Below are positions 1 to 11,794 of a DNA stretch of 64,000 bases, one piece after another (position 1 is the first letter of the stretch; each line of letters opens with the position of its first letter). Below the pieces are notes generated by a model. The model saw nothing but the letters and a program-made list of their open reading frames with translations. It ran no database searches and was not told the origin of the DNA. This DNA comes from the human T2T-CHM13v2.0 reference genome, Homo sapiens. The translations under genes and the position numbers were made by a program. The stretch lies in assembly GCF_009914755.1 (NCBI RefSeq), contig NC_060940.1. One strand, given 5' to 3'.

Positions 1-179
1 CCACTCGTCCCCTGAGTTCTCACGGTCTGCTCAGAGGCACAGACTGCTCTTTGCTGGGTAGCTTTTCGGAGGTCGAGCTCAAATGCCTTCCATGTGGAGT
101 CTTGGACAAAGGGAAAGGTGGCCACACCAACCCGGGCAGCAATATGAATTCTGTGACTTCCAGCAGTAAGAAAGAGTTC

Positions 180-340
180 ACACTCACACAAACATTCATG
201 TGCACAGACGCTTTCACAACATACACACATGTACACACTTAGGTGCACATACCCTCACTCACACAGGCACACACATGCATCCACTTAGTCACCCACACAC
301 AAGTGCACTCACACACACGCACGTGCACAGAGCAGTGCAC
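180..340. repeat. Degenerate (CA)-rich low-complexity tract (UG-rich on the DUSP22 transcript)
   Basis: Repeated cacacacat/gcacac motifs. Confidence 0.8.
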
Positions 341-575
341 AGCCACTGGGCAACATCCCCGGGGGCAGCAAGCTCAGGTGCAGCCAGGGTAGGGGTGGGC
401 GGAGTGCAGGGGCCTGGAGCAGGGCTGGGCGGTGTTGCTTGGGGGAAGGAGCCCTCGCCCCACCTCGCCCTGGCTATCTCCCTTTCCTGTCCTCATCGGC
501 CACCACCACCACACCCCTGCCCAGCCGGGCACACTGAAGACAAGCAGTGGGAAGGAAGGCAGCAGGTCGCTTGCG

Positions 576-758
576 TTAGGTCTCCGTCGTATAATTATCG
601 TAGGTCAGCGGAGCCAGTGCTGGAAAACTGCTCCACCGCCTGGCGCCGGGCTGGGGCTCTGTGCGCCCTTGCTCCTTATATTTACCCAGAATGTTTTTGG
701 CTTCTTCTGCATCCTGCAAAGGGCTCTCTCCATATTCTTCCTTCAGCCACTGCCGATA
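576..758 (-). CDS. DUSP22: DUSP22 exon 7, long form (YRQWLKEEYGESPLQDAEEAKNILGKYKEQ...YDNYTTET*); the short form ends at 686
   Basis: Acceptor CTCTCCAG|TAT; TAA at 576-578; internal donor CTGG|GTAAAT at 686/685, consistent with the known 184-aa isoform whose last exon is off-window. Confidence 0.93.
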   Translation of the reverse strand, partial: YRQWLKEEYGESPLQDAEEAKNILGKYKEQGRTEPQPGARRWSSFPALAPLTYDNYTTET

Positions 759-1252
759 CTGGAGAGGATGGAAACAAACCCGAAACGTCACACACATGTG
801 CACGTCTGCATCCACGTGGGCTTGCACCTGTGACTTCACCACAGAGATGGTGCCACACATAACCAGGGAAACAAACAGCAGTGGGAAATCAGAGCTCTGT
901 GGTTGGCCAGCCAGGGTCAAGCAAGAGAAGGAACTGCTCCTTCAAGGTGCTGGCCTAGGACATGAAAATAGGCCAGACCAAGGAAATGGTACGTCACCCA
1001 AAGGGAGAGAAACAAACTAGTAGGGAGTACCAGGCACAAGGAGAATGACAAAGGGTAGGCGCCTGTGGCTTCAACAGGTGCACGAGGGATCGTGACGACT
1101 TCTGAAGGGGTGCAGCTGGGCGCCCTGGGAGCCGATGTCCTCTGTGGGCCTTTCAACTCCAAACGCCATGATGCTGGCTGTGTACGGAAAGACTGTGGGC
1201 ACCGTTCAGGGGCACCTGCCTGCATCTCTGATGTCCCCTAAGAACTGCTTAC

Positions 1253-1424
1253 CTGATGGACCTCATGCTTCTCAAACTCCTGGAGCTGTCTCTGGAAGCC
1301 CACGTTGGGGTTGGCACAGGATCTCCCAGCACGCACGGTGTGCAGGGCATCCTCCCAGCCAAAGTCAGTGACGGTCATGATGTATGCGATCACCAGTGTC
1401 ACGCTCCTGGAGACCCCGGCCAGG
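1253..1424 (-). CDS. DUSP22: DUSP22 exon 6 (C-LAGVSRS...EKHEVHQ), 172 nt, completes the CX5R catalytic loop
   Basis: Acceptor CCGCAG|CCT and donor CAG|GTAAGC; peptide in ORF 1238..1486. Confidence 0.97.
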
Positions 1425-3064
1425 CTGCGGGGCCAAGAGAAGCACACGTGTGAGGGCAGTTTCAGATCTCCGGGTCCATCGCCCAATCCATGTGGAGCGG
1501 GGGACTCTAAGGACCTTGTTCAGAAAGTCTTCCTGCCTTGGATTATATGTGGACAGCAAGCTCGCCACCAGGAAGCCACTCAGCACTCAACGTACCAGCT
1601 CCCTATGCTTCCTGGCACTAGAATCGCATGCTTTCTTCCGCTGTTTGAGCTTCTTTTATTGGTTTTCTATGGGCTGTGGCTCCAGATGCTCCCTTGCTCC
1701 TCAGCCCCTCCTCAGGTCTTTCCCATTTCCCCGGACAAACGACATAACTGAGGTACTCCAAGGAAACGAGGCTTCCAGGGCCTACGCGACAAACCCATTT
1801 ATAACCTACATTTGTTTAGAATGCTTCATGTTCCTTAAAAGTCGAGTTTTCTCAGCTATATGAGAGCTAGATCTATAATTTTTAAAGCCCATGATGTAGA
1901 GAAGCCCTTACCCAATCTTACTTTTGTACTCTTCCTGACATAAATATGCAGAGTACAGAGCAGGCACACTGTGTCCGCAGGGTGGGAGCAAGGCACCCTT
2001 GCAGGCAGTAACGGTTAGGTTCAGTTACCTGGAGCAGGCTGAGTGAGACCCGTTTTACATGTACATGCAAATGAAGGCGGTCACAGAATGGCTGTGCTTC
2101 ATCAGACTTAGAGAGTTCTAGCAACAGGTTAAGATGGGGAAGTTCAGCAAATGTCTCACTTTTAGAAAAGCCTATCTTTAGGTGCACAGAACTGTATGAA
2201 GTATTAATTCCTAGAATATCAGGCCTACACATATTCAAATATAAACAATAATTTTAAAACCCCACTCTCAAGTAGTGGCTCTTCACTAGGGCTTTAGATT
2301 AGAACTACCAGGAGAGATCTTAAAAGACAGATCCTCTGGGGCTGCAACCCTGGAGATTCACCTTCACTAGGAGCCAGGAGAAGCCCAGGAGTGGGAGTTC
2401 CAGAATTCCGCTTTAATTGGCTCCAATTGAACCCCCAAGGTATGTTAAAGCCAAACAGAAATGAACGTTAAAATCCTACCATTTGTATTTATTACACTTT
2501 CTACTCTTTAAAAAAGTGAGATGAAAAATCATGTGATTTCAAGAACTGTATGAAACTGCAGACACCATTCTAAAAACAACTCAACTATCTAGCGTCCTCC
2601 CTGTCGTCCCTATCGGCCCTCAGAACACATTATAGTTTTCACAGGTGGCTTCTCTGGATGTCATGCACTGGGTCCCTGGGTCCCCTCTGTCCTGGCAGGG
2701 CTGCCACCAACCTCAGCAGCAATATTCCCCAGGAGTTATCACTTCACAGTCCTAAAGAGCTTACAGTGCAAGAGGAACTGTTTCGGGGAATGTCAAAAGA
2801 CTGTTAGGTTTCCAGTTAATTAATAACACTTCATTCAAGACAGAGAGGGGACATGTCCGGCCTAGCACTTAGACAACAGAGCCTTGGCTCCTGAATTTTG
2901 GCTACTGGTTCCCTGAACAAATTAGCCATGTTATTAGCATGATTACGAGTGGTCATAAAAATGCCATCCCACTTTCACTAAGAACTCTCTATGTGCCAGG
3001 CACACTGCCAAGCGCTTCAGATGCATCATCCTCGGGTTAAGCGTGATACAGTAGCTTTCTTTTC

Positions 3065-3067
<3 letters not shown>

Positions 3068-3094
<27 letters not shown>
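3068..3094. repeat. (TG)n microsatellite
   Basis: Direct reading. Confidence 0.95.
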
Positions 3095-3095
<1 letters not shown>

Positions 3096-3596
3096 CTACA
3101 CAAAATATAGCAGGATGCAAACAGACAGCCGTCACTAAACTGGGTCATTCTGGTGTCACAGTAGCGCGATACTGAAAATCCACATTTGCAATCAAGTCTC
3201 CTGAAGAAAAAACAACAGTGTCTTCAAAAAGCCACTGAGGTTTCAAGGATGAGCCTACAGAATCTGGGTCATCTGTAAGAGGCTGTTCTGATGAAATGCT
3301 GGAGGCAAGCCAGCAAAGGGAAGTTTCTGTTGTCCAGTAACCTTCACGGTCCCTACAGAAATCCTAGCAGTGGAAATGGGAAAAAAACAAAAGCAAAACG
3401 AGTTAGGGTTCTCCTTCAACAGAAGGAAAGGGCGACTAACACACAGCGCTGGACAAATGGAGCACGCGTTTGAGAGTCAGGGTTTACAGAAAACTATTAG
3501 GAGGTGAAACCATTATTCACACACGGAAAAACACTTGATGGGAAGCCAAGCCGACCAGAATACGCTAAGGCGCTATTAAGCAAGAGACACACGTAC

Positions 3597-3671
3597 CAGT
3601 GTACAAGGCAGCTCTCACCGCGGAGCCGGCACTCGTGAATGAATTTAATACTTTCTTTGAAATGTCTTGTC
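3597..3671 (-). CDS. DUSP22: DUSP22 exon 5 (L-TRHFKESIKFIHECRLRGESCLVH-C), 75 nt
   Basis: Acceptor TTTTCCCAG|GAC and donor CTG|GTACGT; peptide in ORF 3497..3700. Confidence 0.97.
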
Positions 3672-3754
3672 CTGGGAAAAGAAAAAAAGAGAAATGACAT
3701 CTCTCTACTTTACTCAATATATGATGAAAAGAAAATTCTACCTGAGGCTTCTTT

Positions 3755-4332
<578 letters not shown>

Positions 4333-4933
4333 TTACTGAAAGCTCTCCTAGTCCCATACCATCAAAACCTGGTCATACTGTCTGTGGCTGGAGCTGTCTC
4401 AGCCTCAGAATCCATTATTTACAATGCTGAGGTCTAGGGAAGGCTGTGGGTTGTCTGGAAGTTTTGGAATTTCTCTGTAAGAAATCCCTGAAACACATAG
4501 TTACCACAGACTGGGGTTGAGGGAAGTTCTGGACAGCGCCCCCCATGTTCAATCGGAGCCCCTCAATGCCCCAGCAGCACAGCAGGAACCCTCACACCAG
4601 CTGTGGATGGTGCAGGCCACCGTGACGCAGGTGAGGAAGGTGACCACGTCGTGTGGGCTTTCCAAGTCCTAAAAGCTGATTTACTCCTGGCAATCTGGAA
4701 AATCTAAAAGCATTCTCAAACTGGTCTCCCGGGACTTTGGCAGTCCTGTCTGCAGCTCAGTGGAGAGCTGTGGGGAAATGGAAATTCTGGCTCCAATCCC
4801 TCTTTGCCATTTACTGGACCGTGTGGCCCAGGACAAGCCATTTATCTTCTCATTTATAAAGTGGGGCTGGTATCTCACAGGGCAGATGAGGTAATACATG
4901 CCAATATGCTCTGCAAACTCTGAAGTCCTAAAT

Positions 4934-5249
<316 letters not shown>

Positions 5250-5810
5250 CTAAATGATGACGCGTGCCTTAATCCTTTCTTCTTCTAACTCTTTAGTTTT
5301 TCAGACTGCCCTTTTCTCTTGTCACTCATTCAGCCCCCTAACCGTTCAGGGAGTGCCTGGTTGCACGGCCTTGTGCCAAGTCCCTGAGGCACAAAGCCAG
5401 GCAGGACTCGAGCCCCACTGTGGTGCGCTCCCAACCAGCATGTGTGTCCCCTGCCACTCAGACCTCATTCTGGACTGGTTTGTGGGTTAAGTGCTGACAC
5501 CTCGGGATGGATAGCACATGTACCTCTCCAACGTCTTCTACCTTTGAATGGCTTATAAAACAGCAAAAGTTGCCCATGGACTAAACTGACTTCTCTTTAA
5601 ACACTGACTGAGTACTGACAATTTGCCAGGGACTCTGATAAACTGTAAGACATTCAGAATGCCAGGGCACATGAATGTAATAAGAATGAGAAATTCAGGC
5701 ACGGCCTAACAAACTCACCCAGGTACTGACTGCAGAAGAAACTCAGCGACCTCACGGCAGGTGCTCAGTGAGATGAGGACAGCCAGGGAACAGCAGCAAC
5801 TGTCCATGTG

Positions 5811-5912
5811 CATGCATCCACATGCAAACATGCACACGCAAACATGCACACGCAAACATGCACACGCAAACATGCACACGCAAACATGCACACGCAAACA
5901 TGCACACACATG
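5811..5912. repeat. 14-bp minisatellite (GCAAACATGCACAC) about 6 copies
   Basis: Direct reading; CATGCA recurs every 14 bp from 5829 to 5899. Confidence 0.95.
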
Positions 5913-6054
5913 TTCTGCAACAACTGCAAGGGTCACCACAAGCACAAATCCCTAGGGGACCAAATCAAGGACTCCGGACTCTGACCTGACATCTCTAACT
6001 AGCACATCTGCTTTTGTTAACTTTCCCAGGGATAACTGCCCCCAGATGTAAATA

Positions 6055-6407
6055 AGAACAGACCAGAGTGGGCACTGCAGGCAGGGACAGCGTCTTGGCA
6101 CCCTTGGGGGGCCACAGCAGCGTGAGCAGACTGGGAGACCAAGGAGGGTGCCGTCCAGCTGCACCCCTGCAGCCAGCCAGTCAGCTGCCCCCCTGCAGCC
6201 AGCCAGTCAGCTGCCCCAGCCTGTGCACTGGCCTGTCTACTGTGGCCTGCAAGGAGGGCAGGCACCCGGTGTAAACCACCAGGCAAGTTGCAGACCAGCA
6301 GTCTGGAGCCACTTCTGGGCCAGATGAGTTGGCTCAAGGTTTTAAACATTGTTGAACTAGTTGCTGATATCAGGTAGCATGAATTTGGCCATGAGTAGCA
6401 GAATACC
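6055..6407 (+). repeat. Left arm of a unique-sequence inverted repeat (includes an internal 26-bp tandem duplication)
   Basis: Reverse complement matches 6955-7281 with about 11 substitutions plus the 26-bp extra copy of CCCCTGCAGCCAGCCAGTCAGCTGCC. Confidence 0.95.
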
Positions 6408-6954
6408 TGCACCCAGATGTAATAAGGTGGCTTGGTACACAGCAGGCAAGAAAGGATTCCTGCTGTAATCCCGAAATCTAAGGTATCAGTGCCGAAGGAC
6501 ACTCCAGAGCAGACACCCATTACAGCCAGGCCGCAAAGCCAAGTATACAGCAGAGTGGGGCACGAAGGGAGCCTTGTTGGGCAGGAGCCTGGCCCCCAGC
6601 AAAGAGCTGGGTAGCCAGCTGGGAGCTCCCCACACCTTCAGCACAACTAGCCGTCTGCGGTTGGCAGAGAAGTCTGCTGGCCTGGAGATAATGGAACCGG
6701 ACAAGACATGTCAGCCGCACTGATTTTGTTTGGGAAGGACATCCTGTCTTCCTGCAGCTCTGTCCATGTTGAAGCAATGGAAAGGCTGTGGGTAGGGACT
6801 TCTGGAAAACCTTTCCCTTCCCGAAGAGAGGAAAGTGATCTATCTCTGCCCCTGACCTCCGGCCATGGAGCTGGGAGCGAGTGCCATGCTCAGAGCTGCA
6901 CCACCTGCTGCCAAGTGTCTCTCTCCCTTAGAATGCCATGTGTCAGTCAAACAC

Positions 6955-7281
6955 GGTATTCTGCCACTCATGGCCAAATTCATGCTACCTGATATCAGCA
7001 ACTAGTTCAAAAATGTTTGAAACCTTGAGCCAACTCATCTGGCCCAGAAGTGGCTCCAGACTGCTGGTCTGCAACTTGCCTGGTGGTTTACACTGGGTGC
7101 CTGCCCTCCTTGCAGGCTGCAGTAGACAGGCCAGTGCACAGGCTGGGGCAGCTGACTGGCTGGCTGCAGGGGTGCAGCTGGACGGCACCCTCCTTGGTCC
7201 CCCAGGCTGCTCACGCTGCTGTGGCCCCCCAAGGGTGCCAAGACGCTGTCCCTGACTGCTGTGCCCACGCTGGTCTGTTCT
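6955..7281 (-). repeat. Right arm of the unique-sequence inverted repeat (327 bp)
   Basis: Hand alignment to 6055-6407; ORFs 6017..6520(-) and 6938..7255(+) give near-identical peptides. Confidence 0.95.
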
Positions 7282-10200
7282 GTGTGGGTCTCTTTCTGGT
7301 CAGAAAGAGCCGTGTCTGTACGCAGAGCAGCCAAAAAAGCAAAAGCAAATCTAGAAATGAATGATGACCGCCTGAGTAAATGAAAAACCACAGAGCACGT
7401 CAGAACACACTGCAAAGACCACACAGCAACATGAAAGTTAGCAGCTGCCCATCTGAGTGGGGACAGGATTGGGGTCACATTCAGTTGTACGAACCTCACC
7501 AAGGTCTTGTAAAGATGACAACTGAATCCCTTCACTGAAACCTTGGAGTGGGGACCACTTCTTATATCTCACTTTGACATCTGCACGTCCCCAACCACAG
7601 ACACAATGAAACCGGGCTTCTTACATATTGTGGGGTTGAACCTGGGTTCAAGAGTCAGCCTTGCCACATCTCAAAATACAAGAGGGGAGTGTGCTCAGCC
7701 TGGCACCATCCAAACCCATCCGTGCCCAGAGAGCCGAGTGGGCGTGTGAAGGAGCTGAGGAGGTTATGGAGAGGTGACCCCACTCTGCACCACCACCCCC
7801 CGGTAGCTCTTTCCGTCTGTAGTAAGAGTTAAGTCCAGTAGAGCCCACAGGACATAGCTCCTATCCACCACCATGTTGGGGGCCTGGGCTGCGTAGCCCT
7901 TGTGCAGGCATCATGATAGGGCCATTCGCGGCGCCACCCCAGGAGCCGGAAGGATGCCAACAAGGCGGCCGCTCAGAGCCCCACAGTGCAGCTTGACTCA
8001 TGGACACAATTCGGCACAAGGCCAAGCCAGAGAGATATTCCTAGAAATGCCTTTTCCAAGAAAAGCCCAGAGGCAGGCGAGCGCACTGCCACTTTGGTGC
8101 AGGACTGTGTGTGGGGGTGTTATTTCCAGGGAAGCTGATGACAGAAGCCCCAACTCTGGTCATTAAACTCCCTCCTCCACAGTGGGAAATACCCACAGTC
8201 CTGGTCCTTCTATTGCTCAACTGCAGTTAGAAGCAGAAGTGCGAGTCTGAAGCACTATCCTACCGCAAGCTGTTTCGATGAACACAAGTTCCCTGTTCCT
8301 GCTCTCCGTTTCATCGGCAGTTCACCTTTACGTCCACGCACAGCCGTGTGGAATAGGCTCAGTCCACAGAGAGCCAGCGAATGCTGCACAAGGAAGCACG
8401 GACCGGACCACGCTTGCGTTAGAAACTCACCAAACAGCGCCCGGGGCTATCATGCCCGCTCCTGCCCGCGGTCCTTGCAGCAGGGGCACCTCCAGGGAGA
8501 GGGGACTCGCAAACTGCCCAGTCACCCGCAGCTGTCTCCCTCCCTCGTCACAGACCAGCACCCTCTGCCTGGGTCCCTTCCTTTCTGCATCAAAGGCCAA
8601 GAGCCAGTGCCCAGATGGGCTCTACCGACCTTCAGAGAGTCTAAGAAAAGATGGTGGATGAGCTTGTACATCACACTACATGGTGTTCACTTTTGAGGCT
8701 GAACAACTACTTCTCACTCCAGGACTGCAAGATTTGGAGGCCTCAATCCCCACTGTAGGATCTAAGATGGTCCTGTCCTGCTCAAAAGGACTTTGCCTGT
8801 TGGAGTGGGAGCCCAGAGATCTGGCTGAGCACCTTGAATGGCAGCTGGCCCTACCCTAAAAGCCGATGGTACCAGACCACGCTATAACAGCAGCAAGGCC
8901 ACAGGGACACAGGGTGCTCCTCCTTCCTGCAAATGATACAAAAGTGTATGTGCAAATGAAAGCAAAGGACAAATCCAAAAAAGGCAAGCATCCTTATATA
9001 TAAGAAATCTATATTTTTATACATTACATATGTAAATATGTATGTTTTTGCTTAGAAAAAAAAGTTTTTGCTTGTTTTCTAATAGCAAATGAGTAGAGTA
9101 TTCTATCTGGGTCCAGGCTCTGGAAGGTGGTTTCATAACAGAGAGCTGCTTCCTCTTCGGGCAGAAATCTGTCCACGGCCCCCAACCCACAGGCCCTGCC
9201 CCAGCACGCTTTCCAGCTGGAAGGCTGATGGTGAAGCCCCCAGTCCACCCAGAGGTAAGTGGGAAGAATGTTCCTCATCAGACAGACATGGTGGAGCTGC
9301 CCTATCAGCACACAGCATTACACACAAAACCAGCCCACGTTTGTATCAGTGATTCCCCAACTTTGATATTTCACGCACTGTCAACATTAAAAATAGAATT
9401 GGGGGATGCATATATTGTACTTTTCATTTGGCCAGATAAGGGCTTTTTAAAAGCAAACTAAAACAAAGGGCCTCTCTACCACTTACTACAACATCATTTC
9501 CCAGAAGAATATTTCAACAACAAAAAGAAGGACATAATCTAAGACTAAACGATAGTTCTTTTAAGTGGAATAAATGAAGTCTTATGGAAAACTGAATGCC
9601 ACTTTCAGCTCTCATTTTCTCCTTGAGCAGGAGAACATCACTATGGGCTGGCAGAGCCCTCAGGAACTGTCTGGAAGCAGGACCACAGTAGTCCAAGGGC
9701 CCAACTAGCTCTCATCTTGCAAAAGTGCTCCTTTATAATAAAATAAAAGAAAAACGTAAATGAGAGAAAAAGAGAGTTGAAAGTACAGAAGGTGTCAGTT
9801 AAAGAAAATATAGACAAAAAGATAGGGAGATAGAATAAGGCAAGGACGTTTTACCGATGTTTTCAATATAGGCTCTCTGTATTGCTAAAGCTTCTTCTCC
9901 CCACAAAAACCTCAAGAAATTTACAGACCTGCTAGATTCTAAAACCACTGAATGTCACAAAGGCGCTACTGCAATGATGTATACCGACTCCATAGCCTGG
10001 CAGAGATCAAATGCCCTTGGACTTCACAGAAAAAGAAAAAAAAAATCTGTAATTACTTGCTTCATGATGTCAAAGTACAAAATGCCAATGTAATATATAT
10101 TAAAGCAAGATGAGTAAATATAAGTTAATATGCATCTAACCATTCACTTTCAAAACATATTAATACTCTTTACTTGAATAGACAGAAAATATAATCATAT

Positions 10201-11662
10201 TTCCAGAAATGCCTAGTGTTCATAAAAAACACTTTCACTTATATCATCTCACCTAATACTATAAAAAACCCTGTGAGATAGGCATTTTACAGATGAGAGA
10301 AGAGAGGTTAAAATGACTTTTCTAAGAAATCCCAGAGAGAAAGCAAAAGCAAGTGAGTATTTCCAAAGCCCTTAATTCACTAACCCATACCACGCTGGCC
10401 ACTTGGGGAACACGCAGTGTGTGCATTTGATACAAACTCTAGGACGCCTCTAATCATGACAAAATCATGCAAAACACACCACAGTAGGTCTGTGGGGTTA
10501 TTACAACTCTGAGAACTTGAACTTTTACATTTCCTGACTTGGCAAGGCTAGCTGGTTGGGGAACTGAGCTGAAATTCTAACATGTTAATGTTATCTCAAA
10601 CTAGGTTTCTGCATTTTAAGTTCCTGGAAGATCAGAGAGGGAGATTTGAGAGGATAGAGGCCAAGACAGAAAACTGACCTTTCCGGGCAGTCTGCAGCAA
10701 CTGAATGTCAAGTGACAACAGCTAGTCTCAAAGGTCACACATCTCTTACTAAGCATAACTTGCCAGAATTCCTGTTCGTGCAGGGATTTGTGGGGAAAAA
10801 TTTAAGATATAGAGTGTTAAATTACATCAAAGCTGGCATTCATTTTTAAAATCTGTACTTAAGTTTAAAACAATGAGCAACATAGTTTTCCAGAATTTAT
10901 TTTATCATTGAATAGAGAAACTCTGAAGCACCGAGAATTTTTTAAGTGGCTAAAGAGCTACTATTTCAAATTGTTTAGGTCCTGCAGAACACAGTTTCCA
11001 AGTGACAGGTAAGACTTCTTTTGCTTTTGTTAACTAGAGAAATACGAATATTTGTCGTCTGACCATCCTCATTGGTTGATGATACAGAAAGCAAAAGTTG
11101 ATTGTCAGCACCTGATACTTGGTAATAAACACCTTAATAAATACCCCGAGAGAGGTAGGTGTTCTGCCTGCCAACTTGAGGGGAATCATTTGATTACATG
11201 GTGAAAATATGCTCACCATTAAAAAGTACACTATGCCTTCCAGTAGAACACTTGTAACAGGTAAAAAGAAACTCAAGCTATTTCATCGCCTGCCTCTTAA
11301 CAAGCTGAGTCACTCAAAGTTCCGAAGTCAGCTCCACCATTTCCACATAACTTTAGTACAGCAAGCAATATTTACAGTCATGGACATATGTGTGTCGAAG
11401 CCTTACTTATTCACAAGATTTGCTGTTACTAATGGGTTAAAAATAAACGTTTCCCCCAAAAATCACACAAGAGCATGACTCCCAACAGCAGAGTGTCCAC
11501 TTTTCCCCACCTTTTCATGAGCTACGGTCCTGACTTCCTTTTTCAGCTGAAACAGAAGTCTTACTGTCGTAGCTTCACTGGAGAGTGCAGCACGGCGCAT
11601 CCTCCACTCACAAGCCCCAGACACGGCACTGCCACACCTACCTAACCCCTAAGCCCACCCAC

Positions 11663-11762
11663 GTTTATAGTTTGCCTTTGTAACTCTTTGTCATCCAGAT
11701 ACATCAAAGGCCAAGAGCCAGTCATCCAGCCAAAGAAAGAGTTACAAAAGCAAACCATAAAC
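11663..11762. repeat. Short inverted repeat: 27-bp arms, 46-nt loop
   Basis: GTTTATAGTTTGCCTTTGTAACTCTTT (11663-11689) against AAAGAGTTACAAAAGCAAACCATAAAC (11736-11762); 2 mismatches. Confidence 0.9.
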
Positions 11763-11794
11763 TTAACAGGACCTCTTCACATATTTGGGATAGG

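Noticed and set aside
200-862. 220-aa His/Thr-rich plus-strand ORF
   Set aside because: It derives from the CA-rich low-complexity tract and is antisense to exon 7.
6055-7281. Inverted arms as terminal inverted repeats of a DNA transposon/MITE
   Set aside because: The direct repeat flanks only the left arm rather than the whole structure, and there are no recognisable TIR ends or transposase; a templated duplication fits better.
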